Of a stretch of DNA of 61,375 nucleotides, positions 9,184-19,414 are shown in pieces. Position 1 is the first letter of the stretch, and each line of letters starts with the position of its first letter. The stretch covers positions 1 to 61,375 of the forward strand of contig JAFDDT010000004.1 of the NCBI GenBank assembly GCA_019310725.1. The letters are read 5' to 3'. Source of the stretch: Deltaproteobacteria bacterium (GTDB taxonomy: Bacteria; Desulfobacterota; DSM-4660; Desulfatiglandales; B25-G16). The notes beneath the pieces are model-generated. The model saw nothing but the letters and a program-made list of their open reading frames with translations, had not been told where the DNA came from and searched no databases. The position numbers and the translations under genes are program-made.

Positions 9184-9693
9184 ATGGACAAGTTTGATTT
9201 AACAGGCATAAGGATTAGGGAGATAAGAGAATCGGACGTCGATTTCATTGTCGAGATTGAAGAAATGAATCTGGGAATAAGACGCCCAAAGTACTGGAAG
9301 AGAGAGCTTCAAAAGAACAAAGAAGGCCGTTTCCTGGGATCAAGGATAGCTGAACTCGATGAAAGGGTTGTAGGGTTTATCTTGGGGGATATTGGCTCAA
9401 GGGAATTTGGCATGCCCGAGAATATGGGTTGGATACACACGATAGGCGTCCATCCAGATTACCAGCACAAAGGGATAGCGAGGATGCTATTTGAGGATTA
9501 TAAGAGACGATTTATGGAGCTCGATGTAGATATCATCTATACCATCGTATCCCTATCCGATAATATGCAACTCCCCTTTTATGAAAAGATGGGTTTTAGA
9601 CCGGGAAACCGCGTGTATCTTGAGTTTAGTCTAGGCAAAGAGCCGCCAAAAGGAGATAGGGTAACTGACTACGACTTTAGACAGATTATGTAA
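9184..9693 (+). CDS. GNAT family N-acetyltransferase
   Basis: The acetyl-CoA binding region IGVHPDYQHKGIARMLF matches the (Q/R)xxGxG/A-type motif. 169 aa. Confidence 0.8.
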   Translation: MDKFDLTGIRIREIRESDVDFIVEIEEMNLGIRRPKYWKRELQKNKEGRFLGSRIAELDERVVGFILGDIGSREFGMPENMGWIHTIGVHPDYQHKGIARMLFEDYKRRFMELDVDIIYTIVSLSDNMQLPFYEKMGFRPGNRVYLEFSLGKEPPKGDRVTDYDFRQIM

Positions 9694-9770
9694 TTATCCG
9701 GAGTTTTCCAAAACCATGGTCGGGGACTGCTGGTCAATCCGAAGCATCTGCTCAGTCCATAAGAAAGCGG

Positions 9771-9816
9771 CAAGGTAACGTCAATGTCCAGGGTATAGGT
9801 GTCTTTTGGTTATGCC
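9771..9816 (+). repeat. Short interspersed motif, copy A (CAAGGTAACGTCAATGTCCAGGGTATAGGTGTC-TTTT-GGTTATGCC)
   Basis: Near-identical to 44228-44277. Related to 59652-59694, and in inverted orientation to 51751-51783 and 43811-43843. Confidence 0.8.
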
Positions 9817-9967
9817 CCTGGCCCAGACCTGGTATGCTGGGTTGCGGTTATAGAAAGCGATCCATGCATAGGCAGTAAACACGGTTGTATGTTCTGATCC
9901 GGTCGCGCCAGGGCAGGCCTATAGCATAGCCGTGAAGAAAGCGTTTGAGGCGTCACAGCATAACAAT

Positions 9968-11905
9968 CTAGTCCTGATGCTTGTAATCCACCGATGGGAA
10001 AAGTTTCCTATCTGTATGGGGTAAGAAAAGGGCTGCCACATACTCATCCATAAAAGGGAGGTACGTGGAAAGCTCGATATTGGTCATCATGCTTGCTATC
10101 TTGGTGGTTCGCTCAAGGGCGTGAGTTGACAAGAGGGCCATTCTGGCGCCCATAAGAGAGCTATTGCCAACAAACTGGATTCTTTTAGGATCAATATCAG
10201 GCAACAGCCCTATTGCAATGGCCTTAGGAATATTCAAATAACTTCCAAAACCGCCGGCAACAAAAAATGTATTTATCTGATCAAAACCCAGGCCCACATA
10301 GTCTATAAGGGACTTGATAGCTGCAAATACAGCACCCTTTGAGCGGATAAGATTGCTTATATCCGACTCGGTAACAGCAATATCTTTTCCTGTCTCCGTC
10401 TCATGGGAATATGCTACAATAAACTGGGGCTCATCGTCTCTCTCAATTACCCTTTCATGCTCAGTGGAGCGATTGAACTTTCCATCCTGGCCAATTATTC
10501 CATTTCTCACAAGCTCATAGATAGCGTCGATCAGCCCTGATCCACATATTCCTCGTGGCTTGGCCTTTCCGATAGTGTGGTACTCCACCCTGCCATTGGT
10601 TATCTCTACCTTTTCTATAGCTCCAAGGGTAGCCCTCATACCGCAACCAATCCCCCCGCCCTCAAAGGCAGGTCCAGCAGAGGCTGAACAACACACCATC
10701 CAGTCATTGTTGCCCATGGCGATTTCCCCGTTTGTTCCCACGTCTATTAGGGCCTTTACCTCAGTACTGTCTGCTATACCACAGGCCAAAACGCCGGAAA
10801 CTATGTCACCACCGACGTAACTGGCCACATCGGCAACTGTCTCCAGTATTCCCTCCGGGTTTATATTTATACCTAACTCAGCTGCCCGTATCTGAGGAAA
10901 AGCATGGGCTGTTGGTACATAAGGATCCAGTCTGATGGAGCAGGGAACGAGCCCCAATAGGAGATGACTCATGGTGGTGTTCCCCGCAGCCACAATGGCA
11001 GTGATCTGTTCAACACCTATTCGTTTCTTATCGATCAAGCTTTTTATCAGGTCATTAATATCTTTTATGATAGCCTCATGGAGGGGATCGAGCCCCCCTT
11101 GCCTGCTGCATGCAAATACCATCCTTGATATCACATCTTCACCGTAATGCGACTGAAGATTATGGGTCCCTGCCACTCCAAGGACGTTGCCTGATTTCAG
11201 ATGGACAAGTTGGGCAACAACCGTAGTCGTTCCCACATCAAGGGCCAGTCCGTAATTTTGATCGCTGGTATCTCCAGGCTCTATCTGCAATATTCGCCAG
11301 AGATCACCATGCCTGGCTATTGTGGCTGTGACCTTCCAGTCGTTACTGCGTAACTTGGAGGCCAGATCCCGGAGACAGCGTAACGATTTCTCGAAGGTCT
11401 GATATTCAGTTTTTTTTCTTAGTTCTCTTATAACTCGGTCGCTATCAGCTATGTTGTCATCACCAGTAGGCTCCTTGAGTTCCAGGTGTATCTTTTGGAC
11501 CAGCGGCTCAAAAAGGGAGAGAGGGTCAGAAGGAACCTTAGAGACAAAGACCTTTGCTGGTTGACTATAATCAACCACTGTTCCTTCCATCAGAATCTGT
11601 TCTGCTTCCAGGCGAGATTCAGGCGGAATGACTACCTCCATGTCGCTGGTAACATTCGTTTGGCAAGCCAGAACATAGCCCTCCATGAGCTCTTCTTTGG
11701 ATAAAAATCCGATGGAATGCTTGTCTGCCAATACCTTACCATCGGTAACCTGAACCCGGCATTTGCCACAGACACCCTTTCCTCCACAAAGGGTGTTAAT
11801 ATAAACGCCAGCGCTTTCCGCTGCTTGCATCAGGGTAGTATTTTCCTCGACCTCAACCTCTTTCCCCTCCGGCAGAAAGGTTACTCTATGAACTGCCATA
11901 GACAA
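9968..11905 (-). CDS. RACo-type reductive activator of corrinoid proteins (2Fe-2S ferredoxin domain + ASKHA ATPase, DUF4445)
   Basis: The N-terminal plant-type ferredoxin motif is CGGKGVCGKCRV. It is followed by a long ASKHA-like domain (LALDVGTTT..., IDVGTNGE). 645 aa. Confidence 0.8.
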   Translation of the reverse strand: MSMAVHRVTFLPEGKEVEVEENTTLMQAAESAGVYINTLCGGKGVCGKCRVQVTDGKVLADKHSIGFLSKEELMEGYVLACQTNVTSDMEVVIPPESRLEAEQILMEGTVVDYSQPAKVFVSKVPSDPLSLFEPLVQKIHLELKEPTGDDNIADSDRVIRELRKKTEYQTFEKSLRCLRDLASKLRSNDWKVTATIARHGDLWRILQIEPGDTSDQNYGLALDVGTTTVVAQLVHLKSGNVLGVAGTHNLQSHYGEDVISRMVFACSRQGGLDPLHEAIIKDINDLIKSLIDKKRIGVEQITAIVAAGNTTMSHLLLGLVPCSIRLDPYVPTAHAFPQIRAAELGININPEGILETVADVASYVGGDIVSGVLACGIADSTEVKALIDVGTNGEIAMGNNDWMVCCSASAGPAFEGGGIGCGMRATLGAIEKVEITNGRVEYHTIGKAKPRGICGSGLIDAIYELVRNGIIGQDGKFNRSTEHERVIERDDEPQFIVAYSHETETGKDIAVTESDISNLIRSKGAVFAAIKSLIDYVGLGFDQINTFFVAGGFGSYLNIPKAIAIGLLPDIDPKRIQFVGNSSLMGARMALLSTHALERTTKIASMMTNIELSTYLPFMDEYVAALFLPHTDRKLFPSVDYKHQD

Positions 11906-12162
11906 TCTCCTCCATATTTACACTATCCTACACTTTCACCACTGGCTGTTTTCCCCAGGCGATAGCGTTTTTCACTCTTTTTACACAGTTCCCCTATTAT
12001 ACATGACGCCCTAAATTTACAATACGCGCATGGATCTGTGCAGGCCTCACAACTTTCCAGACATTACTGACAATATCCCACTCCCATCTTCTGGCATGTT
12101 ATCCTAGCTTCCCTATCGGGATGATAACAACACTGCATATTTAAATCTGTTTAAGGTAAATA

Positions 12163-13887
12163 TTAGCCCACAACTCGATCGCTTGATGACGCATGCAAAT
12201 CTGTGTTTGCTATGGCATCACGAACCGACTGAGCAGCGGTTGGCGTAATACTCAGAGACCTATAGCCCAGGCCAAGCAAAAGCGGAACAAGCTGTGGATG
12301 TGAAGCAATCTCTCCGCAAATTGTCACATCTTTTTCCTTGCCCGATTCAGCTGTCCGTTCTATGATGAACTGTAGCAGCCAAAGAAATGCGCGACTCTCA
12401 AAATCCTCGTATTTGAGAACAGCCTCGTTATCACGGTCAGCCGCCACAAAGTACTGGAGTAGATCATTGGTTCCCACGTTAACAAAATCCACCTCCGCCA
12501 AAATGTCACTAATACTAATTGCCGCAGCAGGCACCTCAATCATTGCGCCGAGTTGAACGTCCGCAGAAAAGGTATCATTTCTTGCATGCAGCTCCTCCTT
12601 GACGTTTTGAAAGAGACGCTTTACCTCGCGGATGTCATCCACGGTTGTGATCATCGGAAGCAGAATTCCAACTGGGAATCCAACAGCAGCACGGAGTATT
12701 GCGCGCAGTTGAGCCCGAAGTTCTTCGGGGCGGTGCAAGAAGTGCCGTCGCACACCCCGAACCCCCAGGGCAGGATTCTGTCCGGTACAATAGCGAAAAT
12801 CAACAATTTCCTTATCCCCGCCGATATCAAAGGTGCGGATCACCACCCGCCTCCCACCAGCGGCAGTGAAAACACGATGATAGATGTCGTATTGTTCCTT
12901 CTCTGTTGGAAAGCTTTCCGTTTCCAGGACAAAGAACTCTGTGCGAAATAGTCCAACCCCTTCAAGCCGATTGCGAAGCACGAGTTGGATTTGGTCTGGA
13001 TTATTGATATTTGCCATCAAACGAACATCCACGCCATCCTTGGTGCGGCTACCAATCGGAGGTGAAAGAGGCAATGCTTCAGGGGTTTCCAGTTCCCGTT
13101 TCAGGGTAATGTATTCTTGAACGGTTTCGGGTTTTGGTCGAATGATAACAACGCTGTTAATTGCATCAACAATCACCCGATCCCCGTCCACAGCAGACTC
13201 CCTCAGACCCTTTACACCACCGATAGCCGGTATCCCAAAACCTTTAAGAAGTATTGCCGCATGGGATGAAAGCACAGCACTCTCAGTGACGAATGCAACC
13301 GACCGAAAACGGCGGGCCTCCATCACTGAAGATGGAAAAAGATTGCCGGAGATCAGCACTTCCGATTCCCTCCTCTGCGGTAAAACTTTTTTGTACGTCT
13401 CCGGCCTTGAAGAGAGGGCATCTACAATGCTTTCAACCAAATCACGAATGTCCTCTGCGCGGGACTTGAGATATGGGCTCCTGCTTGCCTCCAGCCCTGT
13501 GATGATCTGCTGGGCCTCTACCTCAATGGCCCACGCTGCATTCTTGTATTCAGCTGAAATCCTAGAACGCACAGCATCATGAAACTGGCCATCTGTCAGC
13601 ATTGCTTCATGGTTTTTCAATATGAGTGAAGCACTCAGAGAGGAACCTGCATGGGCTTCTTTTATGTGTTCATAGAGATGGTCACTGACAGTCTTTACCG
13701 CCTCGCTGTAGCGTTGTTGCTCTGATTCCACCTGGTCTGATGTAATCCTTTTTCTTGATATATAAATTTCACGATCAAGAATTCGTATATGCCCAATCCC
13801 GATACCAGGGCAGATTGTAACGCCTTTCAGCCTAATCTCTTTAGCACTTTCTGACACGGTGTCTTTAGGTAACGCCTTTTCATCCAT
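12163..13887 (-). CDS. ptsI: Phosphoenolpyruvate-protein phosphotransferase (PTS enzyme I family)
   Basis: Phosphohistidine region LSSHAAILLKGFGIPAI and a PEP-utilising TIM-barrel region (GTNDLLQY, ICGE). The ATG at 13887 has a GGGAGG RBS (the ORF track TTG is at 13911). Confidence 0.85.
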   Translation of the reverse strand: MDEKALPKDTVSESAKEIRLKGVTICPGIGIGHIRILDREIYISRKRITSDQVESEQQRYSEAVKTVSDHLYEHIKEAHAGSSLSASLILKNHEAMLTDGQFHDAVRSRISAEYKNAAWAIEVEAQQIITGLEASRSPYLKSRAEDIRDLVESIVDALSSRPETYKKVLPQRRESEVLISGNLFPSSVMEARRFRSVAFVTESAVLSSHAAILLKGFGIPAIGGVKGLRESAVDGDRVIVDAINSVVIIRPKPETVQEYITLKRELETPEALPLSPPIGSRTKDGVDVRLMANINNPDQIQLVLRNRLEGVGLFRTEFFVLETESFPTEKEQYDIYHRVFTAAGGRRVVIRTFDIGGDKEIVDFRYCTGQNPALGVRGVRRHFLHRPEELRAQLRAILRAAVGFPVGILLPMITTVDDIREVKRLFQNVKEELHARNDTFSADVQLGAMIEVPAAAISISDILAEVDFVNVGTNDLLQYFVAADRDNEAVLKYEDFESRAFLWLLQFIIERTAESGKEKDVTICGEIASHPQLVPLLLGLGYRSLSITPTAAQSVRDAIANTDLHASSSDRVVG

Positions 13888-13950
13888 CCTAATAATCCTC
13901 CCAACCAGCAATACTTGGGTTCAGGCTCGCCCGAGAATCACTCTTTCGCT

Positions 13951-14592
13951 CTATCCCCGCTTACCCTTGTAATGGACTACAATAGAGGGATTCAGTTCAT
14001 AGATTGGTGATCCTGCTCCCATTACATCTGGGATTGAGCCCAGCTTGGGACTCATAATACCTGCTGCCTTGAGCTCTGCTATCAACCCATCAACTCTATT
14101 GCTGAGACCAAACTGGAGACATATCTTCTTTATTTGATTCCCGTTGATTTTATTATCTATAGCCTTTTCGGCAATAGCCTTTATCAACCCGGGTATCTGT
14201 TTCCAAGCCGGGTCTCTTAATTCTTTAAAGAGCTCCTTCATGGCCTTTTCCGGATACCATTTCGCGCTCTGTATGGCCTCTTTTGCTAGATATCGTATCA
14301 CATTCGGCATCTTATATACCTCTCCGTCTCTTGCCAATAACAATCGATCCTCCCAGCTCGAGCTCTTTGCCGTCCTGACAGGCAGAAGCAATCTCCATTC
14401 CTCGGCCATAAGTAAAATATCTTCCGGATCATCTTCGACAACATCCCTTATTTCCTGGTAACAAACAGTATCATGCAAGGAGGCATAAGCTAATAACTGA
14501 GATAATCTGCCGGTGGCCTCGTCGTCACCAAGAATAGGACTCAAGGCCTTTTCCAGCTGCCTTGCCTTTTTCTTTATTTGCACGATATCCAT
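13951..14592 (-). CDS. Hypothetical protein
   Basis: 213-aa ORF co-directional with its neighbours. No motif recognised. Confidence 0.5.
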   Translation of the reverse strand: MDIVQIKKKARQLEKALSPILGDDEATGRLSQLLAYASLHDTVCYQEIRDVVEDDPEDILLMAEEWRLLLPVRTAKSSSWEDRLLLARDGEVYKMPNVIRYLAKEAIQSAKWYPEKAMKELFKELRDPAWKQIPGLIKAIAEKAIDNKINGNQIKKICLQFGLSNRVDGLIAELKAAGIMSPKLGSIPDVMGAGSPIYELNPSIVVHYKGKRG

Positions 14593-14680
14593 AGGCCATG
14601 TCTCTAATTCCGTTGGGACCGCCTTGAAGGGATAGACCTGGCTCTCTCATCTATAGATTATTGATAGTATGTTTGCTGGC

Positions 14681-16021
14681 CTACGCCTTTCTGGCCTTGT
14701 TGGCAGCAATCAAGATGGGATCCCATGCCGGGGCAAAAGGGGGTGCATAACCCAAATCCAGATGATATACATCCTCTGCGGTCATACCGCCATGCAAGGC
14801 TGCAGCCATCACATCTATTCTATGGGCAACTCCTTCTCTGCCTATCATCTGAGCCCCCAGTAACCTCCGGGTATCTCTCTCCGTGATAAGGTGAACGGTG
14901 ATCGGATAACCTCCGGGATAATGCTTAGATCTAGACCTGTGACGTATGGTGGTAGCATAGGCGTCAAATCCATCACCAGTGGCCTCCTTTAAACTCAGCC
15001 CGGTCCGTGCAACCTCCAGGTCGAATATCTTTGATACAGCAGTGCCCACAATGCCAGGGAATTCTGTATTCAACCCCCCGATATTCTCACCGGCCACCCT
15101 TCCTGCCTTATTGGCCGTTGTTCCAAGTGGTATGTACGCCGGTTTGCCACGCACTATGTGATATGCCTCAGCACAATCACCCCCTGCATAAACACGCTCT
15201 ACATTGGTTTTCTGGTGCTTGTTCACAGCAATAGCACCCGTTACACCGATCTTCACACCTATCTGTTGGGCAAGGTCCACATTTGGAAGAGCCCCTTTTG
15301 CAATTAGTACTGCTTCAGCCTTCACCTCGCCCTTGCTGGCAACTACCTTCTCCACCCTACCATGACCCTCGAAGGAAAGGATATCCACACCAGTAGTTAT
15401 GGTTACACCCTTTGATCTCACCTCTTCTTCTACCAAGGCGGACATCTCGGAATCAAAGTTCAAAAGCATCTGAGAGGTCTTCTTCAGTATGGTAACATGC
15501 TTTCCCAAGCTCACGAAGGCCTCTGCCATCTCAAGCCCGATATACCCACCACCGCAAATTACTATATCCTCTGCATTGCGGGCGCTGTGACGGATAGAAA
15601 TAGCGTCCTCTACGGTGCGTAAGGTATGTACACCCATCAGTTTCTCCCCAGCAACACCCAGGGTTTTACCGGTAGCACCCGTGGCGATCATGATGTAATC
15701 GAACTGCTCTTTGAAACTCCTGTGGTTAACCAAATCATCCACCGTGACATATCCATTTTTATAGTCTATCTCAACTACCTCGTGCATCCTGCGGATAGGG
15801 ATAGAACGTTTCTGCTCAAACTCCTCTGGGGTGATTTCAATCAGATCTTCTGGTTGAGGGACAAGACCTGACACGAAGTATGGCTCAGAACATGCCCCAT
15901 AGGATATATATCCTGATTTTTCGAAGACCACGGTACTTAAATCCCCTTTCTTGAGCCGCTTGGCAGCGCTCGCAGCAGATAACCCGGCTGCAACTCCGCC
16001 TATTACTACCAGTTTCTCCAT
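14681..16021 (-). CDS. Pyridine nucleotide-disulfide oxidoreductase (CoA-disulfide reductase / NADH oxidase family)
   Basis: N-terminal FAD fold VVIGGVAAG, a single redox Cys in the context SYGACSEPY, and a second dinucleotide fold VICGGGYIGLE. 446 aa. Confidence 0.8.
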   Translation of the reverse strand: MEKLVVIGGVAAGLSAASAAKRLKKGDLSTVVFEKSGYISYGACSEPYFVSGLVPQPEDLIEITPEEFEQKRSIPIRRMHEVVEIDYKNGYVTVDDLVNHRSFKEQFDYIMIATGATGKTLGVAGEKLMGVHTLRTVEDAISIRHSARNAEDIVICGGGYIGLEMAEAFVSLGKHVTILKKTSQMLLNFDSEMSALVEEEVRSKGVTITTGVDILSFEGHGRVEKVVASKGEVKAEAVLIAKGALPNVDLAQQIGVKIGVTGAIAVNKHQKTNVERVYAGGDCAEAYHIVRGKPAYIPLGTTANKAGRVAGENIGGLNTEFPGIVGTAVSKIFDLEVARTGLSLKEATGDGFDAYATTIRHRSRSKHYPGGYPITVHLITERDTRRLLGAQMIGREGVAHRIDVMAAALHGGMTAEDVYHLDLGYAPPFAPAWDPILIAANKARKA

Positions 16022-16105
16022 AATTGAACCTCCATAACCGTCAGGTCTTCTATGCTGGTGCCAGCAGAATAACCGCTGAAACTGTCGAGATCAAGGCGTC
16101 TTAAC

Positions 16106-16750
16106 TCACTCTTGCAGTCTATGGAGCTGTGCCAGCAATTTATCCTTGAATCGGTTGAGAGTTATCTCATGGGGCGAAATGGGGATGCTCATCCAGTCGG
16201 AGTATTCGAGTAGCTCCTCTGCGTGTTCCTCCACGTACCGATCAAAAAAACCTATCCCATCGAGAACTATTGCCCCTCCAGTGTGCTTCGGGAAGTTTTC
16301 GTTTGCCAGGCCTTTATCCCAGTCCTTAAATACATGCTTTCTGTACAGTACCCATCCCGGTGTCATCCACCATACCTTCTCTCCTTTGCCTATCTCTTCT
16401 CTTTCATCTTTACCGGCGAGCATATCGACACAGTGAGAGGCCTGCACCCTCACAATGCCGTCACCCTGTTCCTTAATAATAGTATCTATCGTCCTGAAAA
16501 GGTCATTGGAGTTGACATAGCAAAACTGCCCCCCATATACGACAATTATCTTGTTCGAGTATTCCCTTGCCTTCTTGATTCTATCTATGAGCTGGTTTTC
16601 TAATTCTCTCGGTATCTCATGGAGTCCTGGGGTAGTAAAAAGCACCTTTTTGGCATCTAAGAAACCCTCTTTTTTTAGGTGGTTTATCTCCGGGCTTAAG
16701 GTTCCACATGCCACAATAACGCAGTCTCTAAACGAATCATTCTCTTCCAT
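16106..16750 (-). CDS. DUF1638-like protein
   Basis: The 214 aa begin ...VIVACGTLSPEI, and overall length and pattern match DUF1638 as I recall it. Function unknown. Confidence 0.45.
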   Translation of the reverse strand: MEENDSFRDCVIVACGTLSPEINHLKKEGFLDAKKVLFTTPGLHEIPRELENQLIDRIKKAREYSNKIIVVYGGQFCYVNSNDLFRTIDTIIKEQGDGIVRVQASHCVDMLAGKDEREEIGKGEKVWWMTPGWVLYRKHVFKDWDKGLANENFPKHTGGAIVLDGIGFFDRYVEEHAEELLEYSDWMSIPISPHEITLNRFKDKLLAQLHRLQE

Positions 16751-16774
16751 CTCTCTCCAATCATCTTTAGAGGG

Positions 16775-18664
16775 TTAAACCGATACCGCACATCCATAGG
16801 CACTATGTATGGCATCCATGGCCCTACCTATTTCCTTGCAATCTCCCACAAGGAAAACTTCGATTTTTCCTTTGAGCCTGTTTTCCATGGAATTTTCCGG
16901 GACCATGCCCTTTGTATAGACGACAAAGCCCACATTCTCAATGCGTCCCTCTTTGTCGCCGATGCTTAGATAAAGGGTCTCGCCTTTTTTTCTTACTACA
17001 TCAGCCCCTGTCAATATCTTTACCTTTAGCTCTTTTAAGGCCTTTAAGAGGAAATTGCGCGACATTACTTCCATTCTTGGTGCTATTTCTTCGGATTTCT
17101 TGATGATCGTTACATCGTTTCCATTCTTTACCAAAACCTCAGCAATCTCAGCTCCAATAAAGCCCCCACCAACAATAACCCCCTTCTTGTTCTTAGGGAT
17201 CTTATCTGGCTCCAAGATCTCTGCCCAATGCCACTCTGTTAATCCAGGGATGGTTGGGGTCTTGGGATGGGAACCAGTGGCCAGGATGACTGTGTCATAA
17301 TTTCCTATCAGCTCATCTGGGTCAGCCTCTCTATAAGCGACATTTATCTTATCCTTCACCAGATTAACGAGATAGATCTCAAGCTTCTCCAAATTGGCCT
17401 TTCTCGGTGCACGGTAGGCCAAATCAAACATCCCACCGAGCTTCTTCTTTTCGAATAAGGTCACCCTATGGCCCCTTTCGTTGAGAACAAGGGCAGCCTC
17501 CATACCTGCAGGACCACCTCCCACAACGGCAACTTTCTTAACTTTGGCAACCTTTGCTAGTGGTTTTTCCTCCTTTCCTACCTCAGGGTTAACAACACAC
17601 ATAAGCCCTTTACCGCTTCTTATTCCCCCGATGCAACCCTCTAAACAGCAAGCACATGGACGAATGGGGTCCTTTATCTCTCCCAGTACCTTTCCAGCAA
17701 AGTCAGGATCTGCCACCAAAGGTCTTCCGATAGCCACTGCGTCAGCCAATCGGTCCCCCAGTATTTTTTCTGGATCATTCTTCTCATTTATCTGGCCCAC
17801 TGCAATTACTGGAATATTAACCTTACTCCTGATTTTGGAGGCAAACTCCCAGGTCTTTCCTTTTGGTATAGACATGTGCTGGAAGTACCAGGGTGGTGTC
17901 TCACACACAGAGCCACTTGAGACATGGATAGCGTCAGCACCCTTTTGCTTGAGGGCGGTTGACAGCCTTATTGTATCCTCCAGTTTCAGACCGCCTGGAG
18001 TCATCTCGTCGGCGCTCAAACGGATTATTGTTGGGATTGATACAGCCCGCTTAACCCTTTCAAGTACCTCAAGCCCAAAACGAAGGCGGTTCTCCCAACT
18101 CCCTCCGTATCTATCGGTTCGATTGTTTACATTCTCCGATAAAAACTGCGCAATTAGGTAACCATGCCCAAACTGAAGTTCAATGAAGTCATAGCCTGCC
18201 TCCTGAGCCCTAACGGCCGCCTTTTGAAAGAGTAGCTCGGCATCTGTGATACTTTCCTCATTCATTGCTACGGGTTGCTTACCGCCTGTAGCACACGTTT
18301 GCTCGGAAGAAGAAAGATATTGGTTCCCAGGGATATTGGGATTTGCCATCCTTCCCGGGTGATTCAGGTGGACAATCGCAAGGGCGCCATTCTCATGGAT
18401 AACCCCTGCCAGCCTCCTTAGACCTGGAATCATTTCGTCATTATGGATTCCTATCTGCACGGGCAGTTCACGTAAAGATGGATGAAGATAAAAAGGTTCC
18501 GGCGTTATTGCCCCCAAGAAATGGTTGCGTCTGTGGTAGAAGTGGAGATGACGATCGGTCACCTCTCCAGTTTTTGTACCATAACCGGTTTTCACCGGGG
18601 CCATTACAAACCTATTTCTTAGGTGTCTGCCCCCGATTGCCAGCTCTTCTGATACCAAGCTCAT
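16775..18664 (-). CDS. Old-yellow-enzyme-type FMN oxidoreductase fused to an FAD/NAD(P) domain (2,4-dienoyl-CoA reductase-like)
   Basis: N-terminal OYE TIM-barrel (HGYLIAQFLS, RYGGS), a Cys cluster CACCLEGC, then VAVVGGGPAGME and GVIVGGGFIGAE dinucleotide folds. 629 aa. Confidence 0.85.
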   Translation of the reverse strand: MSLVSEELAIGGRHLRNRFVMAPVKTGYGTKTGEVTDRHLHFYHRRNHFLGAITPEPFYLHPSLRELPVQIGIHNDEMIPGLRRLAGVIHENGALAIVHLNHPGRMANPNIPGNQYLSSSEQTCATGGKQPVAMNEESITDAELLFQKAAVRAQEAGYDFIELQFGHGYLIAQFLSENVNNRTDRYGGSWENRLRFGLEVLERVKRAVSIPTIIRLSADEMTPGGLKLEDTIRLSTALKQKGADAIHVSSGSVCETPPWYFQHMSIPKGKTWEFASKIRSKVNIPVIAVGQINEKNDPEKILGDRLADAVAIGRPLVADPDFAGKVLGEIKDPIRPCACCLEGCIGGIRSGKGLMCVVNPEVGKEEKPLAKVAKVKKVAVVGGGPAGMEAALVLNERGHRVTLFEKKKLGGMFDLAYRAPRKANLEKLEIYLVNLVKDKINVAYREADPDELIGNYDTVILATGSHPKTPTIPGLTEWHWAEILEPDKIPKNKKGVIVGGGFIGAEIAEVLVKNGNDVTIIKKSEEIAPRMEVMSRNFLLKALKELKVKILTGADVVRKKGETLYLSIGDKEGRIENVGFVVYTKGMVPENSMENRLKGKIEVFLVGDCKEIGRAMDAIHSAYGCAVSV

Positions 18665-18715
18665 TTGATTCCCCCTTTCTTTTGATAGGGCAACTAAGCC
18701 GTCAACTATGGATTG

Positions 18716-19360
18716 CTACTCGATTTCTATGATCCTCCCTGCCCCTCCGCTAACGTATTTCTCCGGATATAGAGACCTTATCTCTGGCTTGTATTGGGTG
18801 CAGTGACAGGGACAGACTAAATCGAGATCTTTAATGACATCAAACTGGTTGAAACCATGAAGCCCTCCGATAAGGGCATAAGGCTTCCCAAATTGTGAGG
18901 CCGAGTTGAGAATATTCTCCACACCTGGATGGGAACATCCTGCGATTACAGTGATATCTTTCTCTGTCTTGATAGCCAGAGACTGCTCAATACCCTTTAG
19001 CTCTCCGGTAGAAAACACACCTGTGCAAATCTCCACCGGATCAGTAACCCTTATGACCTCCTTAGCAAGCAGGGGTTGCGGGCATGATGCGGGTATGTAG
19101 ACCTTAACTTCACTATTCTTTTCTAAAAACCGGGAAAGCCCGCCAATATGATCCCAGTGGGCATGGGAGATAACAACTATATCGATTGAGAGAGGATCAA
19201 TAGTAAGTTTATCCATATTGTGAAGGAGAATTGAACCATTTGCACCTGTGTCAAAAAGGATCCCGGGCATATCCTCCCTCTCTATCAGGCAAGAAAAGCC
19301 CCAATCTGACTTAAGCCCTTTGGTATGCACCTCATTATCGTAAGTTAGTGTTATCTTCAT
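18716..19360 (-). CDS. MBL-fold metallo-hydrolase
   Basis: HAHWDHIGG (HxHxDH) motif. 214 aa. Confidence 0.8.
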   Translation of the reverse strand: MKITLTYDNEVHTKGLKSDWGFSCLIEREDMPGILFDTGANGSILLHNMDKLTIDPLSIDIVVISHAHWDHIGGLSRFLEKNSEVKVYIPASCPQPLLAKEVIRVTDPVEICTGVFSTGELKGIEQSLAIKTEKDITVIAGCSHPGVENILNSASQFGKPYALIGGLHGFNQFDVIKDLDLVCPCHCTQYKPEIRSLYPEKYVSGGAGRIIEIE

Positions 19361-19414
19361 CCGATTCCCTCGACCTCCTTCCAGGGATGGATCAGCATTA
19401 CACCACCTCTCTGC

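Noticed and set aside
17481-18161. 226-aa plus-strand ORF
   Set aside because: It lies entirely antisense to the well-supported OYE-FAD reductase gene, and its Ser/Pro-rich sequence has no motifs. It is a shadow ORF.
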